From: Dehalococcoidia bacterium
Lineage (GTDB): Bacteria; Chloroflexota; Dehalococcoidia; Dehalococcoidales; Fen-1064
DNA length: 64,000 nt
Assembly (NCBI GenBank): GCA_011171075.1
Contig: DUFD01000038.1
Location: 6,005-70,004 of the forward strand
Direction of reading: 5' to 3'
The first letter of the stretch is position 1. The number at the start of each line of letters is the position of its first letter. The notes beneath the pieces are model-generated. The model was not told where the DNA came from. It did not search any database and saw only the letters and a list, made by a program, of their open reading frames with translations. Shown here piece by piece: positions 36,537 through 46,818 of the stretch. The translations under genes and the position numbers were made by a program.

Positions 36537-36839
36537 CTACGCTCGTTTGCCCTTGATATTGCCCGTACCGAAAGAGCCAAGCTGTACCTGCCCCGAGATA
36601 TCATCACCGGTCACTTTCACCTTAAAATCAAGCTTCATCTGTCCCATCGGACCACTTACTGAGATTGACCAGGTAGCCTCATCACCGGAAACTGTACCAC
36701 CTGAGAATGCCTGTTCACCAGCCATTTGAGTATTAAAACTACCACTAAGAGAATCGCCATCAGTTTTTAGCGTGAGTTTACCGGGTTGATTGCCCATCTG
36801 GGTCTGCACCTCGATGTTGTAGGTCCCGTCTACTGCCAT
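36537..36839 (-). CDS. small beta-rich hypothetical protein
   Basis: 100-aa ORF with a protein-like Gly/Ser/Thr-rich repeat pattern. No family recognised. Confidence 0.4.
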   Translation of the reverse strand: MAVDGTYNIEVQTQMGNQPGKLTLKTDGDSLSGSFNTQMAGEQAFSGGTVSGDEATWSISVSGPMGQMKLDFKVKVTGDDISGQVQLGSFGTGNIKGKRA

Positions 36840-37013
36840 TTGTATTACCTCCTGAATGAATATCGGTTAAGACATTCTAGAGAACCAGCGTCGTATTGTC
36901 AAAATGGCGGAGGGTAAGCAGGTCAGGATGAAGACATGTTGATAAACATAACGAACAGTTGTAGAATATCCCTATACCACTAACGAGCCCGCTGGAGACC
37001 GAGGAGGCACATC

Positions 37014-37895
37014 ATGGAAACGGGGACATGGAAGGTAAAGACCGGCCTGGCACAGATGCTGAAGGGTGGGGTAATCATGGACGTGGTCACGCCGGAACAC
37101 GCCAAGATTGCCGAAGACGCCGGTGCCTGTGCCGTGATGGCGTTGGAGAGGGTGCCGGCTGATATCCGTGCCGCCGGTGGTGTCGCCAGAATGGCCGACC
37201 CGACAGTTATCGAAGCGATTATGAAAGCGGTCACCATTCCGGTGATGGCCAAGTGCCGCATCGGTCACTTTGTTGAAGCCCAGGCGCTGGAAGCACTGGG
37301 TGTCGACTATATCGATGAGTCCGAGGTACTGACCCCGGCCGACGAGTCACATCACGTCTGGAAACATGACTTCAACGTCCCCTTTGTCTGTGGTTGTCGC
37401 AACCTCGGGGAAGCCCTGCGGCGCATCGGCGAAGGGGCAGCCATGATTCGTACTAAAGGTGAGGCGGGCACCGGCAACATCGTCGAGGCGGTGCGCCACA
37501 TGCGGACGGTCATGGACGAAATCCGCAAGCTGGTAAACATGCCCGAAGATGAGCTTATGGCCGAAGCCAAAGAACTGGGAGCACCATTCGAGCTGGTCAA
37601 GGAGGTACATGACACCGGAAAGCTGCCGGTGGTCAACTTTGCCGCAGGGGGCGTGGCCACTCCGGCCGATGCTGCCCTGATGATGCAACTCGGTGCTGAC
37701 GGGGTATTCGTCGGCTCCGGTATTTTCAAATCGAGCAATCCCAAGGTCAGGGCCGGGGCAATTGTCAAGGCGACCACTCACTACCAGGACCCACAGATAA
37801 TCGCCGAGGTCTCCAAGAACCTGGGAGAGGCCATGCCAGGTCTGGATATCAAACAAATCAAACCGGAGGAGTTGCTGGCCCCCAGGGGGTGGTGA
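37014..37895 (+). CDS. pdxS: pyridoxal 5'-phosphate synthase lyase subunit PdxS
   Basis: [30 protein letters not shown] and [10 protein letters not shown] are near-invariant PdxS blocks. Confidence 0.95.
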   Translation: METGTWKVKTGLAQMLKGGVIMDVVTPEHAKIAEDAGACAVMALERVPADIRAAGGVARMADPTVIEAIMKAVTIPVMAKCRIGHFVEAQALEALGVDYIDESEVLTPADESHHVWKHDFNVPFVCGCRNLGEALRRIGEGAAMIRTKGEAGTGNIVEAVRHMRTVMDEIRKLVNMPEDELMAEAKELGAPFELVKEVHDTGKLPVVNFAAGGVATPADAALMMQLGADGVFVGSGIFKSSNPKVRAGAIVKATTHYQDPQIIAEVSKNLGEAMPGLDIKQIKPEELLAPRGW

Positions 37896-37899
37896 CAGG

Positions 37900-38478
37900 A
37901 TGAAAATAGGTGTCCTTGCCTTGCAGGGAGCCTTTGCCGAGCATATTTCCGTACTGCATCGACTGGAAGTAGAGACCCTGCCCGTCCGTTTACCCCACCA
38001 GCTAGTGGGACTGGACGGGCTAATAATTCCCGGTGGCGAGAGCACCACCATTACCAGCCTGATGCTGAGCTACAACCTGCGCGCTGATATCTCCCGGATG
38101 GTAGAGAACGGCCTGCCGGTACTCGGGACATGCGCCGGGATGATACTACTCGCCCGCAAGGTCTCTAACGACGGTATTGAGCCGGTGGCCGTGATGGGGA
38201 TAACCGTCCGGCGCAATGCCTTCGGACGGCAGAGGGAGAGCTTCGAGACCGACCTAGCTATTCCGGTGCTTGGGGAAAAACCGTTCCCCGGCGTCTTTAT
38301 CCGTGCCCCTCTGATTGAGCAGGTAACCGACAAGGTCGAGGTGCTGGCCCGCCTTGACAATGGCACAATTGTCGCCGCTCGCCAGGGTAAATTACTTGCC
38401 TGCGCCTTTCACCCCGAACTGACTGATGACCTCCGCTTCCACCAGTACTTCCTGAGCATCGTAAGCGGTGAGCAATGA
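37900..38478 (+). CDS. pdxT: PLP synthase glutaminase subunit PdxT
   Basis: IGVLALQGAF, IIPGGESTT, GTCAGMILL and FHPELT. Confidence 0.92.
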   Translation: MKIGVLALQGAFAEHISVLHRLEVETLPVRLPHQLVGLDGLIIPGGESTTITSLMLSYNLRADISRMVENGLPVLGTCAGMILLARKVSNDGIEPVAVMGITVRRNAFGRQRESFETDLAIPVLGEKPFPGVFIRAPLIEQVTDKVEVLARLDNGTIVAARQGKLLACAFHPELTDDLRFHQYFLSIVSGEQ

Positions 38479-40021
38479 AAACGGAGCGGGGAGGATTGCC
38501 GTGGAAAAAGTAATAACCGATGACCTGGATGCCATGCTGGATATCTTTCCACCCCGTATCAAACGGACACTGGTAAAACTCGAGGACCGCCGGGAGCTCC
38601 TCGAGGTGGTCCTTGACCTGGGGCGCACACCCGAAGCCCGCTTCGTTCAACGAGAGCTCATCCTCGACTCGCAGGAGATTACCGAGCAGGACATCGAGTA
38701 CGTCACTGCACGCATCAGCGATTTTAGCGGCGACAATAGGTCGGGCATCGAGCGGACGTTACACCGAATCTCGGCCATCCGCAACCGTAAGGGGCGGATT
38801 GTCGGACTGACCTGCCGAGTTGGCAGGGCTGTCTACGGTACAATCAACATCATCGAAGACCTCGTCCAGTCGGGCAAGAGCATCCTGCTACTGGGACGTC
38901 CGGGGGTGGGCAAGACCACCATGCTCCGCGAGACCGCACGGGTGCTGGCCGACGAGTTTGGCAAGCGTGTCATCATCGTTGATACCTCCAACGAGATTGC
39001 CGGTGACGGCGATATACCCCACCCGGCAATCGGCCATGCGCGGCGAATGCAGGTAGCCACGCCCGACATGCAGCACGCCGTCATGATTGAAGCGGTCGAG
39101 AACCACATGCCGGAGGTAATCGTCATCGACGAGATAGGCACCGGCCTCGAAGCACAGGCGGCGCGGACCATTGCCGAGCGCGGGGTGCAGCTGGTGGCCA
39201 CCGCCCACGGCAATACGCTGGAAAACCTGATGATGAACCCCACACTTTCCGACCTGATAGGCGGGATACAGTCGGTCACCCTGGGTGACGAGGAGGCGAG
39301 GCGGCGCGGCACCCAGAAATCGATACTGGAGCGCATGTCGGCACCCACTTTCCACATTCTGGTAGAAATCCAGGACTGGGACCGGGTGGCCATCCATCCT
39401 GACGTCGGTGAGGCGGTCGATATCATCCTGCGAGGTCAGCTACCTTCCACCGAGACCCGCTGGGCTGATGAAAACGGAGAGGTGCACATCGAAAAAGTCG
39501 TACCGACGGTGGTCAACGAGCGCCGGCCCACAGTAGCCCGTCGAGCAGTTAAAACGGATGGCCAGCCGCGACTCTTCCTCTTCGGGGTCAACCGTGGGCG
39601 AATGGAGCAGGTAGCCGATGAGATGCGGGTGAACCTGGAGCTGGTAAACAAGCTGGAAGACGCCACCCTGCTGGTCACCTCCAAGAAGTATTACCGCCAG
39701 AAGCCGAAGAAGGTCAAGGAGGCCGAGGCCAGCAACGTTCCCATCTTTGTCCTCAGGGGCAATACGCCGCCGCAGATACGCCAGCTGCTCAACACGCTCT
39801 ATCCTGCCGAGATTCCGCAAAAGGTCAGCTCATTCGAGCAGGCCCTCGGCGAAGCCAGGGAGGCCGTGGAAAAAATACTGGGCGGTGAGGAAACGGTGGA
39901 GCTCAGCCCGCAGAGCGCCTATATCCGCCGGTTGCAGCACCTCATCGCCGAGCGTAACGCCCTCTCCTCGCAGAGCACCGGTAAAGACCCCGACCGGAGG
40001 GTGAGGATATTCCGGGGGTAG
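38468..40021 (+). CDS. AAA-type ATPase with a C-terminal R3H-like domain (SpoIIIAA/Ycf45-like)
   Basis: Walker A GRPGVGKTT, Walker B VIVIDEIG, and a C-terminal ...STGKDPDRRVRIFR R3H-type end. Confidence 0.7.
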   Translation: MSNENGAGRIAVEKVITDDLDAMLDIFPPRIKRTLVKLEDRRELLEVVLDLGRTPEARFVQRELILDSQEITEQDIEYVTARISDFSGDNRSGIERTLHRISAIRNRKGRIVGLTCRVGRAVYGTINIIEDLVQSGKSILLLGRPGVGKTTMLRETARVLADEFGKRVIIVDTSNEIAGDGDIPHPAIGHARRMQVATPDMQHAVMIEAVENHMPEVIVIDEIGTGLEAQAARTIAERGVQLVATAHGNTLENLMMNPTLSDLIGGIQSVTLGDEEARRRGTQKSILERMSAPTFHILVEIQDWDRVAIHPDVGEAVDIILRGQLPSTETRWADENGEVHIEKVVPTVVNERRPTVARRAVKTDGQPRLFLFGVNRGRMEQVADEMRVNLELVNKLEDATLLVTSKKYYRQKPKKVKEAEASNVPIFVLRGNTPPQIRQLLNTLYPAEIPQKVSSFEQALGEAREAVEKILGGEETVELSPQSAYIRRLQHLIAERNALSSQSTGKDPDRRVRIFRG

Positions 40022-40036
40022 GACACCCGAAAAGAA

Positions 40037-40135
40037 ACTTTTACAGGGATTTGAAAGGGGCTTCGCCCCTTTTAGTAATTTTCTCCCTCTCCCCTTCAAA
40101 GGGGAGAGGGACACAGGGTGAGGGAAAAGCCAAGT
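40037..40135 (+). repeat. two-hairpin extragenic element, copy 1
   Basis: ACTTTTAC ... GGGGCttcGCCCC ... CCCTCTCCCCttcaaaGGGGAGAGGG ... GGGTGAGGG. Reverse-complement homologue at 55759-55855. Confidence 0.75.
40054..40073 (+). terminator. intrinsic terminator-like hairpin (first hairpin of the element)
   Basis: AAA-GGGGC-TTC-GCCCC-TTTT, 33 nt after the stop at 40021. Confidence 0.5.
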
Positions 40136-40150
40136 CAAGCGTAAGATATT

Positions 40151-40426
40151 ATGAATAAACCCAAAAATACCACTATTAAATCAACTGCATACCTTAAACT
40201 GAGTGCTAGTGTTCAATATGAGAGAATGCGAAAGTCAGTTAAGAAAAATTGGTGGCTTTTGGCTCTGATATGGTTGTTGTCTGTTGGAATCGGAATTATT
40301 ACTGCATTCTTAATAACTGGCTGGTTAGGTGTGCTTGTTGGGCTTGTGTTATCCTTTATTCCTTTTTATTTAGGTACGAAAGCAATAATGACGATAATAC
40401 AAAAAGATATATATCATGATAATTAG
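40151..40426 (+). CDS. small membrane protein (two TM helices), low-GC patch
   Basis: 91 aa. WWLLALIWLLSVGIGIITAFLITGWLGVLVGLVLSFIPFYL. Confidence 0.4.
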   Translation: MNKPKNTTIKSTAYLKLSASVQYERMRKSVKKNWWLLALIWLLSVGIGIITAFLITGWLGVLVGLVLSFIPFYLGTKAIMTIIQKDIYHDN

Positions 40427-40484
40427 AGTTACCAATGCGAAAAGCTCGATTGCACTTTACCGGGTGAGGGGTTGCAAAGACTAA

Positions 40485-42101
40485 ATGCCCCGAAGTAGTT
40501 ACAAAGACACCAGGCAAATCCTTTCCCGCGAAGAGGGCACCGTCTTCAAAGACTGGGGAGGGCGGCTGCCCGCTGCCCTGATTTACCCCAATTCATATTA
40601 CGTTGGCATGTCCAACCTGGGCATCCATGCTATCTACCGCCTGCTTAACAACTACGGCGACGTTGTCTGCGAGCGAGCCTTCTATGAAAAAGGACAGAAC
40701 ACAGCACCCATCAGCCTGGAATCGGGCCGGTCTCTCCGTGATTTCGCTGTTCTCGCTTTTTCTGTTACATATGAGCTCGACTACTTCAACGTGGTGCAGG
40801 TACTCAGGGCAAGCGGCATACCCCTATACGCCACCGAGCGTAACGAACGCCACCCACTCATCATCGCCGGTGGCCCCTGTATTACCGCCAACCCGATGCC
40901 CCTGGCGCCGTTCTTCGACTGCCTCTGTATCGGTGAGGCCGAGGCAATACTGCCAGAGATGCTGCCGGCGCTGGCCGATGGCATCAGCAGTAACAGGCAG
41001 GAGCTACTCAAAGCTCTGTCCCGGTTGCCCGGTATCTATGTACCGCAGCAACACACCGGCAAGCCGGTGGTCCGGCAGTGGGTGAAAGACCTCGACGACT
41101 TCCCTGTAACCTCGACGGTGCTCACCCCTGATACCGAGCTTGGCAACCTCTACTTAATCGAGGTGGAGCGCGGCTGCGACTGGGGATGTCGCTTCTGCCT
41201 GGTAAATAATACCTTCCGCCCGGCGAGGTACCGTTCTATTAACAGACTAGTCGCTGAAGCAGAGAACGGTCTCCGCTATCGGAAGCGCCTCGGACTGGTA
41301 GGCCCGGCGGTCACCGACCACCCTGATATTGAAGAGCTGGTCACCCGACTCCGTCAGATGGGCGCCGAGCTTTCCGTTAGCTCCCTGCGGATAAAGCCAC
41401 TTTCACCGGTGGTGCTGGCGGCGCTTGCCCGAGGAGGGGCCAGGACGATTACCCTCGCCCCTGAGGCCGGCTCCGAGCGCCTGCGCAGGCTGATTGCCAA
41501 GGGAATCAACGAGGACGATATCCTTGGCGCCGTGAGAGCGGTCGCCGGACAGGGTATCAGACGACTCAGGTTCTATTTCATGATTGGCCTGCCCTCGGAG
41601 AGCGATGAGGATGTCGAAGAAATTATCAGCCTGACCCTCGCCTGCAAAGGCATCCTCGACAGGCAGTCGGGCGGTGGTCGTATTACCCTCAGCATCGCTC
41701 CATTCGTGCCCAAAGCAGGGACGCCTTTCCAGTGGCTACCGATGGCGCCTCTCTCCATCCTGGAGCAACGCCTGTCTCTCCTCAAGAACCGATTACAGCC
41801 AAAGGGAATCAGCGTCAAGGCCGAGAGCCTCGCCTGGACTGAGGTGCAGGCTATCCTTGCCCGGGGCGATACCTCATTATCACCCGTGCTGGCTGATATC
41901 AAAGAGGTGTCTCTCTCCACGTGGCGTCATGCTGTTCGGGAACATCAACTGGACACTGAATATATAGCCCACCAGCAATGGGACACGGAGCAGGAGCTGC
42001 CCTGGTCCTTGATTGACTCCGGCACCAGCACCGGGCACCTTAAGCAAGAGCTTAATCAAACGCCACCCATGATAAGTTCGTCCTCCCGAAAAAACAGTTG
42101 A
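40485..42101 (+). CDS. radical SAM protein with a B12-binding-like N-domain (TIGR03960-like)
   Basis: Radical SAM motif CDWGCRFC in VERGCDWGCRFCLV. 538 aa. Confidence 0.8.
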   Translation: MPRSSYKDTRQILSREEGTVFKDWGGRLPAALIYPNSYYVGMSNLGIHAIYRLLNNYGDVVCERAFYEKGQNTAPISLESGRSLRDFAVLAFSVTYELDYFNVVQVLRASGIPLYATERNERHPLIIAGGPCITANPMPLAPFFDCLCIGEAEAILPEMLPALADGISSNRQELLKALSRLPGIYVPQQHTGKPVVRQWVKDLDDFPVTSTVLTPDTELGNLYLIEVERGCDWGCRFCLVNNTFRPARYRSINRLVAEAENGLRYRKRLGLVGPAVTDHPDIEELVTRLRQMGAELSVSSLRIKPLSPVVLAALARGGARTITLAPEAGSERLRRLIAKGINEDDILGAVRAVAGQGIRRLRFYFMIGLPSESDEDVEEIISLTLACKGILDRQSGGGRITLSIAPFVPKAGTPFQWLPMAPLSILEQRLSLLKNRLQPKGISVKAESLAWTEVQAILARGDTSLSPVLADIKEVSLSTWRHAVREHQLDTEYIAHQQWDTEQELPWSLIDSGTSTGHLKQELNQTPPMISSSSRKNS

Positions 42102-42161
42102 CACCCACCTTTGCCTGATATATTCTGGTACAATTGCGTCAAATAAAGGAGGATATGAACC

Positions 42162-42353
42162 ATGGGCTATTTCAGGATACTGGCGGCAATACCCGGCTTT
42201 TTTGTGAGCTCCCTTATTCTCATGGCCCTCTGGGGAGCGTTTGCCGACAATATCGGCGTAGAAAAGATCAGTTATGCTATGGCGATGCTGATCAATATCA
42301 CCCTCTGGCTGGCTGTAGCGCCGCTGGCGGCGGTTGGCCGAGGCAAAAAATAG
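42162..42353 (+). CDS. small membrane protein
   Basis: 63 aa with two hydrophobic helices. AAGGAGG lies upstream. Confidence 0.4.
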   Translation: MGYFRILAAIPGFFVSSLILMALWGAFADNIGVEKISYAMAMLINITLWLAVAPLAAVGRGKK

Positions 42354-42385
42354 CACATACACCCTAGTTAATAATAGAGGGCAAA

Positions 42386-43072
42386 ATGCCTAAAGCCAAG
42401 TGCCTGGCGCTGTTAATGCTGGGTGTTCTCCTGTTGTTCGGGGCATGCAAAGACGGCAGGCTGGAAATCGAGGACGCTGCAGGAGCTCGGGACGCCGCCC
42501 TGGAATACATACGTGAGCACTACCCTGAGGATGCTCCGGAGACAGGTCTGGAGTGGCAGGATGAGGATATCACTCCTAAAGGTCTAGTGGGGATATCAAT
42601 CAGGCAGTATACTACGGACGGGCTTACAGTTAAGGTATCCGCCCCGGTAGTCGCCCCAGAGAACATTATTTACACCATTGCCATAACCAGTATGCAGGGT
42701 GGCTGGTACTGGCAGGGTGAAGTGAAACCCAATGGCACCGTGACCGAGCTCAGCCCCCTGACAGAGATGACCGAGGCATGGAGCCTCAATGTCGCCGAAG
42801 AGTTTGTGAGAAGCAGCCCCACCTTTTCCTACGACGGCATAGAGGAGACACTGGAACTAACGGAGACCCTAACGTTGAGATGTCCCTACTGCTGGAGCTT
42901 TATTTTTGAGTTCGATTGTCTTCATGCCGGTTACGGCGACCGCACGGGAGAGGTACTTGCCCAGGTAATCACACATCACGAAGCAGTTATTACAGTCATC
43001 AGGGGAGAGGTAACCTCAGCCATAATCGACGATAAGTGGGACATGCTGCAGCAGGAAGAGATTAGCGATTAG
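42386..43072 (+). CDS. putative lipoprotein, unknown function
   Basis: Signal peptide ending LLFGAC, then an acidic 200-aa body. Confidence 0.5.
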   Translation: MPKAKCLALLMLGVLLLFGACKDGRLEIEDAAGARDAALEYIREHYPEDAPETGLEWQDEDITPKGLVGISIRQYTTDGLTVKVSAPVVAPENIIYTIAITSMQGGWYWQGEVKPNGTVTELSPLTEMTEAWSLNVAEEFVRSSPTFSYDGIEETLELTETLTLRCPYCWSFIFEFDCLHAGYGDRTGEVLAQVITHHEAVITVIRGEVTSAIIDDKWDMLQQEEISD

Positions 43073-43080
43073 CAGCGTGT

Positions 43081-43842
43081 TTACAGGCTTTCCGCCCATG
43101 CTACGGCATTCTGGAATATCCGCAGGCCGTCACCCTGCTCCCCGACTTCGCAGCGTGTCCACCGGGGATGCTGAGTACCACGGATAAACCGCTCGGGGTG
43201 GGGCATCAGGGCAAAGATTCGCCCGGTGTCATCGCACATACCGGCAATGTCAGCCTGAGAGCCATTAGGATTTAATGGGTAGCCTGCCCCCAGGTTTCCC
43301 TGTTCATCGGTATAGCGGAGCACGATGTTTCTATCGGGTACCTCACCGGCAACCACCACCTTGCCCTCGGCATGGGCTACCGGAAGATACATGCGTTCAA
43401 CACCCCTGGTAAAGATGCAGGGGCTCTCTGGATCTGCCGCCAGGTACACCCAGCGGCACTCGAACCTGCCGGAATCATTGTCCGTCAACGTCAGGGGTAT
43501 CTTGCCACCGTCAACCGAGAGGATACCGGCCTTGACCAGCACCTGGAAGCCGTTACAAATACCAAGAATAAGCTTCCCGTCCGCGACGAACCGCTTTATG
43601 TCCTCGCCAAGCCCCAGTCTGAGCTCGTTGGCAAGCACTCTGCCCGCCGCGATGTCATCGCCATAGGTAAAACCGCCAGGAACCACCATTATCTGGTAAT
43701 CAGCCAGGCGCTCGTTACCGCGGACGAACCGGTTGATATGCAGGCGTGAGACCTCTGCCCCCGCCTGCTCGAAGGCGAATATCGTCTCCATATCGCAGTT
43801 TGTGCCCGGGGCACGCAGCACCAGTACTCTGACCTTGCTCAT
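43081..43842 (-). CDS. purQ: phosphoribosylformylglycinamidine synthase glutaminase subunit PurQ
   Basis: VRVLVLRAPGTNCD, LILGICNGFQVL (catalytic Cys), MPHPER. Confidence 0.9.
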   Translation of the reverse strand: MSKVRVLVLRAPGTNCDMETIFAFEQAGAEVSRLHINRFVRGNERLADYQIMVVPGGFTYGDDIAAGRVLANELRLGLGEDIKRFVADGKLILGICNGFQVLVKAGILSVDGGKIPLTLTDNDSGRFECRWVYLAADPESPCIFTRGVERMYLPVAHAEGKVVVAGEVPDRNIVLRYTDEQGNLGAGYPLNPNGSQADIAGMCDDTGRIFALMPHPERFIRGTQHPRWTRCEVGEQGDGLRIFQNAVAWAESL

Positions 43843-43850
43843 CTCTTATA

Positions 43851-46712
43851 TCACCACCGAAGCGGACTCTGCCACGCCTCTTTCAATTCGGATATAGATT
43901 CGTTAACAACCCTGCGACCATCCAGTCCGTAGACCTCCAGCATACCGGAGTCGCTCACCTCACCGACAGCGGCCCAGCGGGTATTACCCAGCGTCTTCTC
44001 AAACTCCTCGCGATTCTCCGGGGCCACCTCGACCAGGAAACGACTGTTTGATTCCGAAAAAAGAATGAAATCGTTGCGGTCAATCGGCTCGCCGAGAGGA
44101 ACATGCTCCAGACGAATGGTCGCCCCCAGCCCTCCGGCGAAGGCCATCTCGGCAATCGCCACACCCAGTCCGCCATCGCTGCAATCATGACATGCCTTAA
44201 CCAGACCTTTTCTGGTAGCGACACTCAGATTGTCCATCAGGGTCTTCGCCCTGGGGGCATCGACCCTGGGAACGCTGTTTCCGATGAGGTCACGGGTTGC
44301 CAGATAAGCGGAGCCACCAAGCTCGCTATATGTATCCCCGACGATATATATCAGGTCGCCGGCCTGTTTCAGGTCCATTGATACGGCGCGGTTGACATCG
44401 GCCATGATACCGATAGCCGAAATCAGCAAAGTGTGCGGGATAGCGATGACCCTGCCTTCATACTCGAACTCATTATTAAGGCTGTCTTTACCGGAGACAA
44501 ACGGCGTCCCGTAAACAAGGGCGACATCATGACAGGCCTGGGTAGCCCTCACCAGGGCACCAAGCATGTCCGGGCGGCGAGTATCGCCCCAGCAGAAGTT
44601 ATCGAGCAGGGCAACCTGTTCCAGACTGCCGCCGACGGCGATAATCTGTCGCAGGGCCTCATCGATTGCCGAGGCCGCCATCCAGTAGGGGTCAAGCTCA
44701 CCGTAATTAGGATTGATACCGTTGGAGACAATAACCCCCCTGTCTGAGTCCAGCAACGGCCTGATGATGGCGGCGTCGCCGGGACCATCACTGTCCCGAC
44801 CGACCAGCGGCTTGAGGACGCTGCCCCCCTGTACTTCATGGTCATACTGGCGGATGACCCACTCCTTGCTGCACACGTTCCAGGTACCGAGTACCTTCAG
44901 CAGGTCACCCCCAAGGTTATCAGGCGAAGCGAAATCAGGCTCGGTATGAAGCGGCTGTTGCCAGACAGCCTCCATATTCATCTGGGGTAGTCCATCGTGG
45001 AGAAACTCCATACTCAGGTCGCCCACCAGCTCTCCGTGATAGAAGAGACGGAGATGATGGTTATCGGTGAACTCACCGATGACAGCCGCCTCCACATCTT
45101 CACTGTCAAACAGCTCCATAAGCTCGTCGATACATTCGGGAGGAACGGCAATAAGCATCCTCTCCTGGGACTCGGAGACCCATATTTCGGAATAGGTCAA
45201 CCCGGCATATTTCAGAGGCACCTTCTCCAGGTCGACCCGCACGCCGGTATCGGCGGCCATCTCACCGACCGCCGAAGAGAGACCACCGCCGCCGCAGTCG
45301 GTGATACGACGGTAAAGCTTACGGTCTCTGGCCTGTAGCAATATATCGATGACCTTTTTTTCGACAATCGGGTTGCCAATCTGAACGGAGGTAAAAGACA
45401 GTGTGCTGGATTTCTCGGTAAGCTGCTCTGAGGCAAAGGTCACCCCGTGTATGCCATCACGCCCCGTCCGGCCACCGACCACCACTACCAGGTCTCCCGC
45501 CCGCTGCTGGCCACGCTGGGAAAGTTCACGTGGCATCAGCCCCAAGGTACCACAGAACACGAGCGGATTGGCCAGGTAACGTTCGTCAAAAAGGATTGCC
45601 CCGTTAAGGGTAGGTATGCCCAGACGATTACCATAGTCGGCCACACCAGCCCGGACACCCTTAAAAATACGCCGCGGGTGCAGAACACCCTTGGGGACCT
45701 TCTCGTGGGGGTAGTCGGGCGGGGCAAAACAAAAAACGTCCGTATTACATATCGGCTTGGAACCAAGACCTGTGCCAAGCGGGTCACGTACCACGCCACC
45801 GATTCCCGTAGCCGCTCCACCGTACGGCTCCACCGCCGACGGGTGGTTGTGCGTCTCCACCTTGAAACAGAGCGCCCATTTCTCATCAAATGCGATAACA
45901 CCGGCATTGTCCATGAAGACGGAGAGGCACCAGGGCTTGTTAAGCTCAGCCGTTGCTTTGGCAATCGTGCTCCTCAGCAGGTTGTCGATAACTACACCGT
46001 TGGACGTTATCCTTGCCTTGAAGGTCTTGTGGACGCAGTGCTCCGACCAGGTCTGGAATAGTGTTTCCAGCTCAACATCAGTGGGATTTCGGCCCTGCTC
46101 ACGAAAATGGTCGATAATTGCCTTTAGTTCGGGGGCGGAAAAGCTGAAGTCCTTATGCACCGCAGCAAGCCCGGAGCCGCCCGCATCGAGGATATTGTAA
46201 TGGTTCAGCCTGAAATGATACCGGGGATGTTCGGAGAATGGGACTGTATCCGACCTCACGATGTGCTCCACGATAGGGTTCACCAGCAGCTTGCCGCATA
46301 TGCTGTCCAGTTGCCCGTTATCGAGTTCGCCTTCTATGAGATAGCGTTTCGCCGTCTTGACTGCCCGGACATCGACAATCCCCAGGTCACGGACGGCCTT
46401 CATCACCGTCTCCTCGACTGGGTCCATAACACCGGGATTATAGGTCACCTCGACCACACGGCGGTTAGCAGCTTTGTCAGTATCAGTGGAAATAGTGGAG
46501 TCACTGCGGTAGTCCTGAATCACCGGGTCGGCGAGGAGGCTGCGGCAAATCAGGTCCAGCTTATCAGGGGGTAATTCGGCATCCAGCCAGTAGATATCGA
46601 CGACACGCACATCTGAGACTGTTTCTATACCGAGGTCCCGAATGTCCTTTACCAGGCCCGCACCCCGGGCATCAGGGAGATGGCTCTTAAGTCGAACTTC
46701 GACTCGGTGCAT
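43851..46712 (-). CDS. purL: FGAM synthase PurL fused to two N-terminal PurS-like modules
   Basis: 953 aa. Residues from about 190 onward are canonical small PurL (HCVHKTF, ETHNHPSAVEPYGGAATG). Residues 1-160 contain two PurS-like repeats. Confidence 0.9.
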   Translation of the reverse strand: MHRVEVRLKSHLPDARGAGLVKDIRDLGIETVSDVRVVDIYWLDAELPPDKLDLICRSLLADPVIQDYRSDSTISTDTDKAANRRVVEVTYNPGVMDPVEETVMKAVRDLGIVDVRAVKTAKRYLIEGELDNGQLDSICGKLLVNPIVEHIVRSDTVPFSEHPRYHFRLNHYNILDAGGSGLAAVHKDFSFSAPELKAIIDHFREQGRNPTDVELETLFQTWSEHCVHKTFKARITSNGVVIDNLLRSTIAKATAELNKPWCLSVFMDNAGVIAFDEKWALCFKVETHNHPSAVEPYGGAATGIGGVVRDPLGTGLGSKPICNTDVFCFAPPDYPHEKVPKGVLHPRRIFKGVRAGVADYGNRLGIPTLNGAILFDERYLANPLVFCGTLGLMPRELSQRGQQRAGDLVVVVGGRTGRDGIHGVTFASEQLTEKSSTLSFTSVQIGNPIVEKKVIDILLQARDRKLYRRITDCGGGGLSSAVGEMAADTGVRVDLEKVPLKYAGLTYSEIWVSESQERMLIAVPPECIDELMELFDSEDVEAAVIGEFTDNHHLRLFYHGELVGDLSMEFLHDGLPQMNMEAVWQQPLHTEPDFASPDNLGGDLLKVLGTWNVCSKEWVIRQYDHEVQGGSVLKPLVGRDSDGPGDAAIIRPLLDSDRGVIVSNGINPNYGELDPYWMAASAIDEALRQIIAVGGSLEQVALLDNFCWGDTRRPDMLGALVRATQACHDVALVYGTPFVSGKDSLNNEFEYEGRVIAIPHTLLISAIGIMADVNRAVSMDLKQAGDLIYIVGDTYSELGGSAYLATRDLIGNSVPRVDAPRAKTLMDNLSVATRKGLVKACHDCSDGGLGVAIAEMAFAGGLGATIRLEHVPLGEPIDRNDFILFSESNSRFLVEVAPENREEFEKTLGNTRWAAVGEVSDSGMLEVYGLDGRRVVNESISELKEAWQSPLRW

Positions 46713-46818
46713 TACTCAGTCGTCCTATACTGACCGACTTAATGATAACAAAAAACGGGGCAAAGGCCAAGAGATTTTCGTGGAAAAATTGGGTAATTTT
46801 GAGGACTTTACCTAGATA

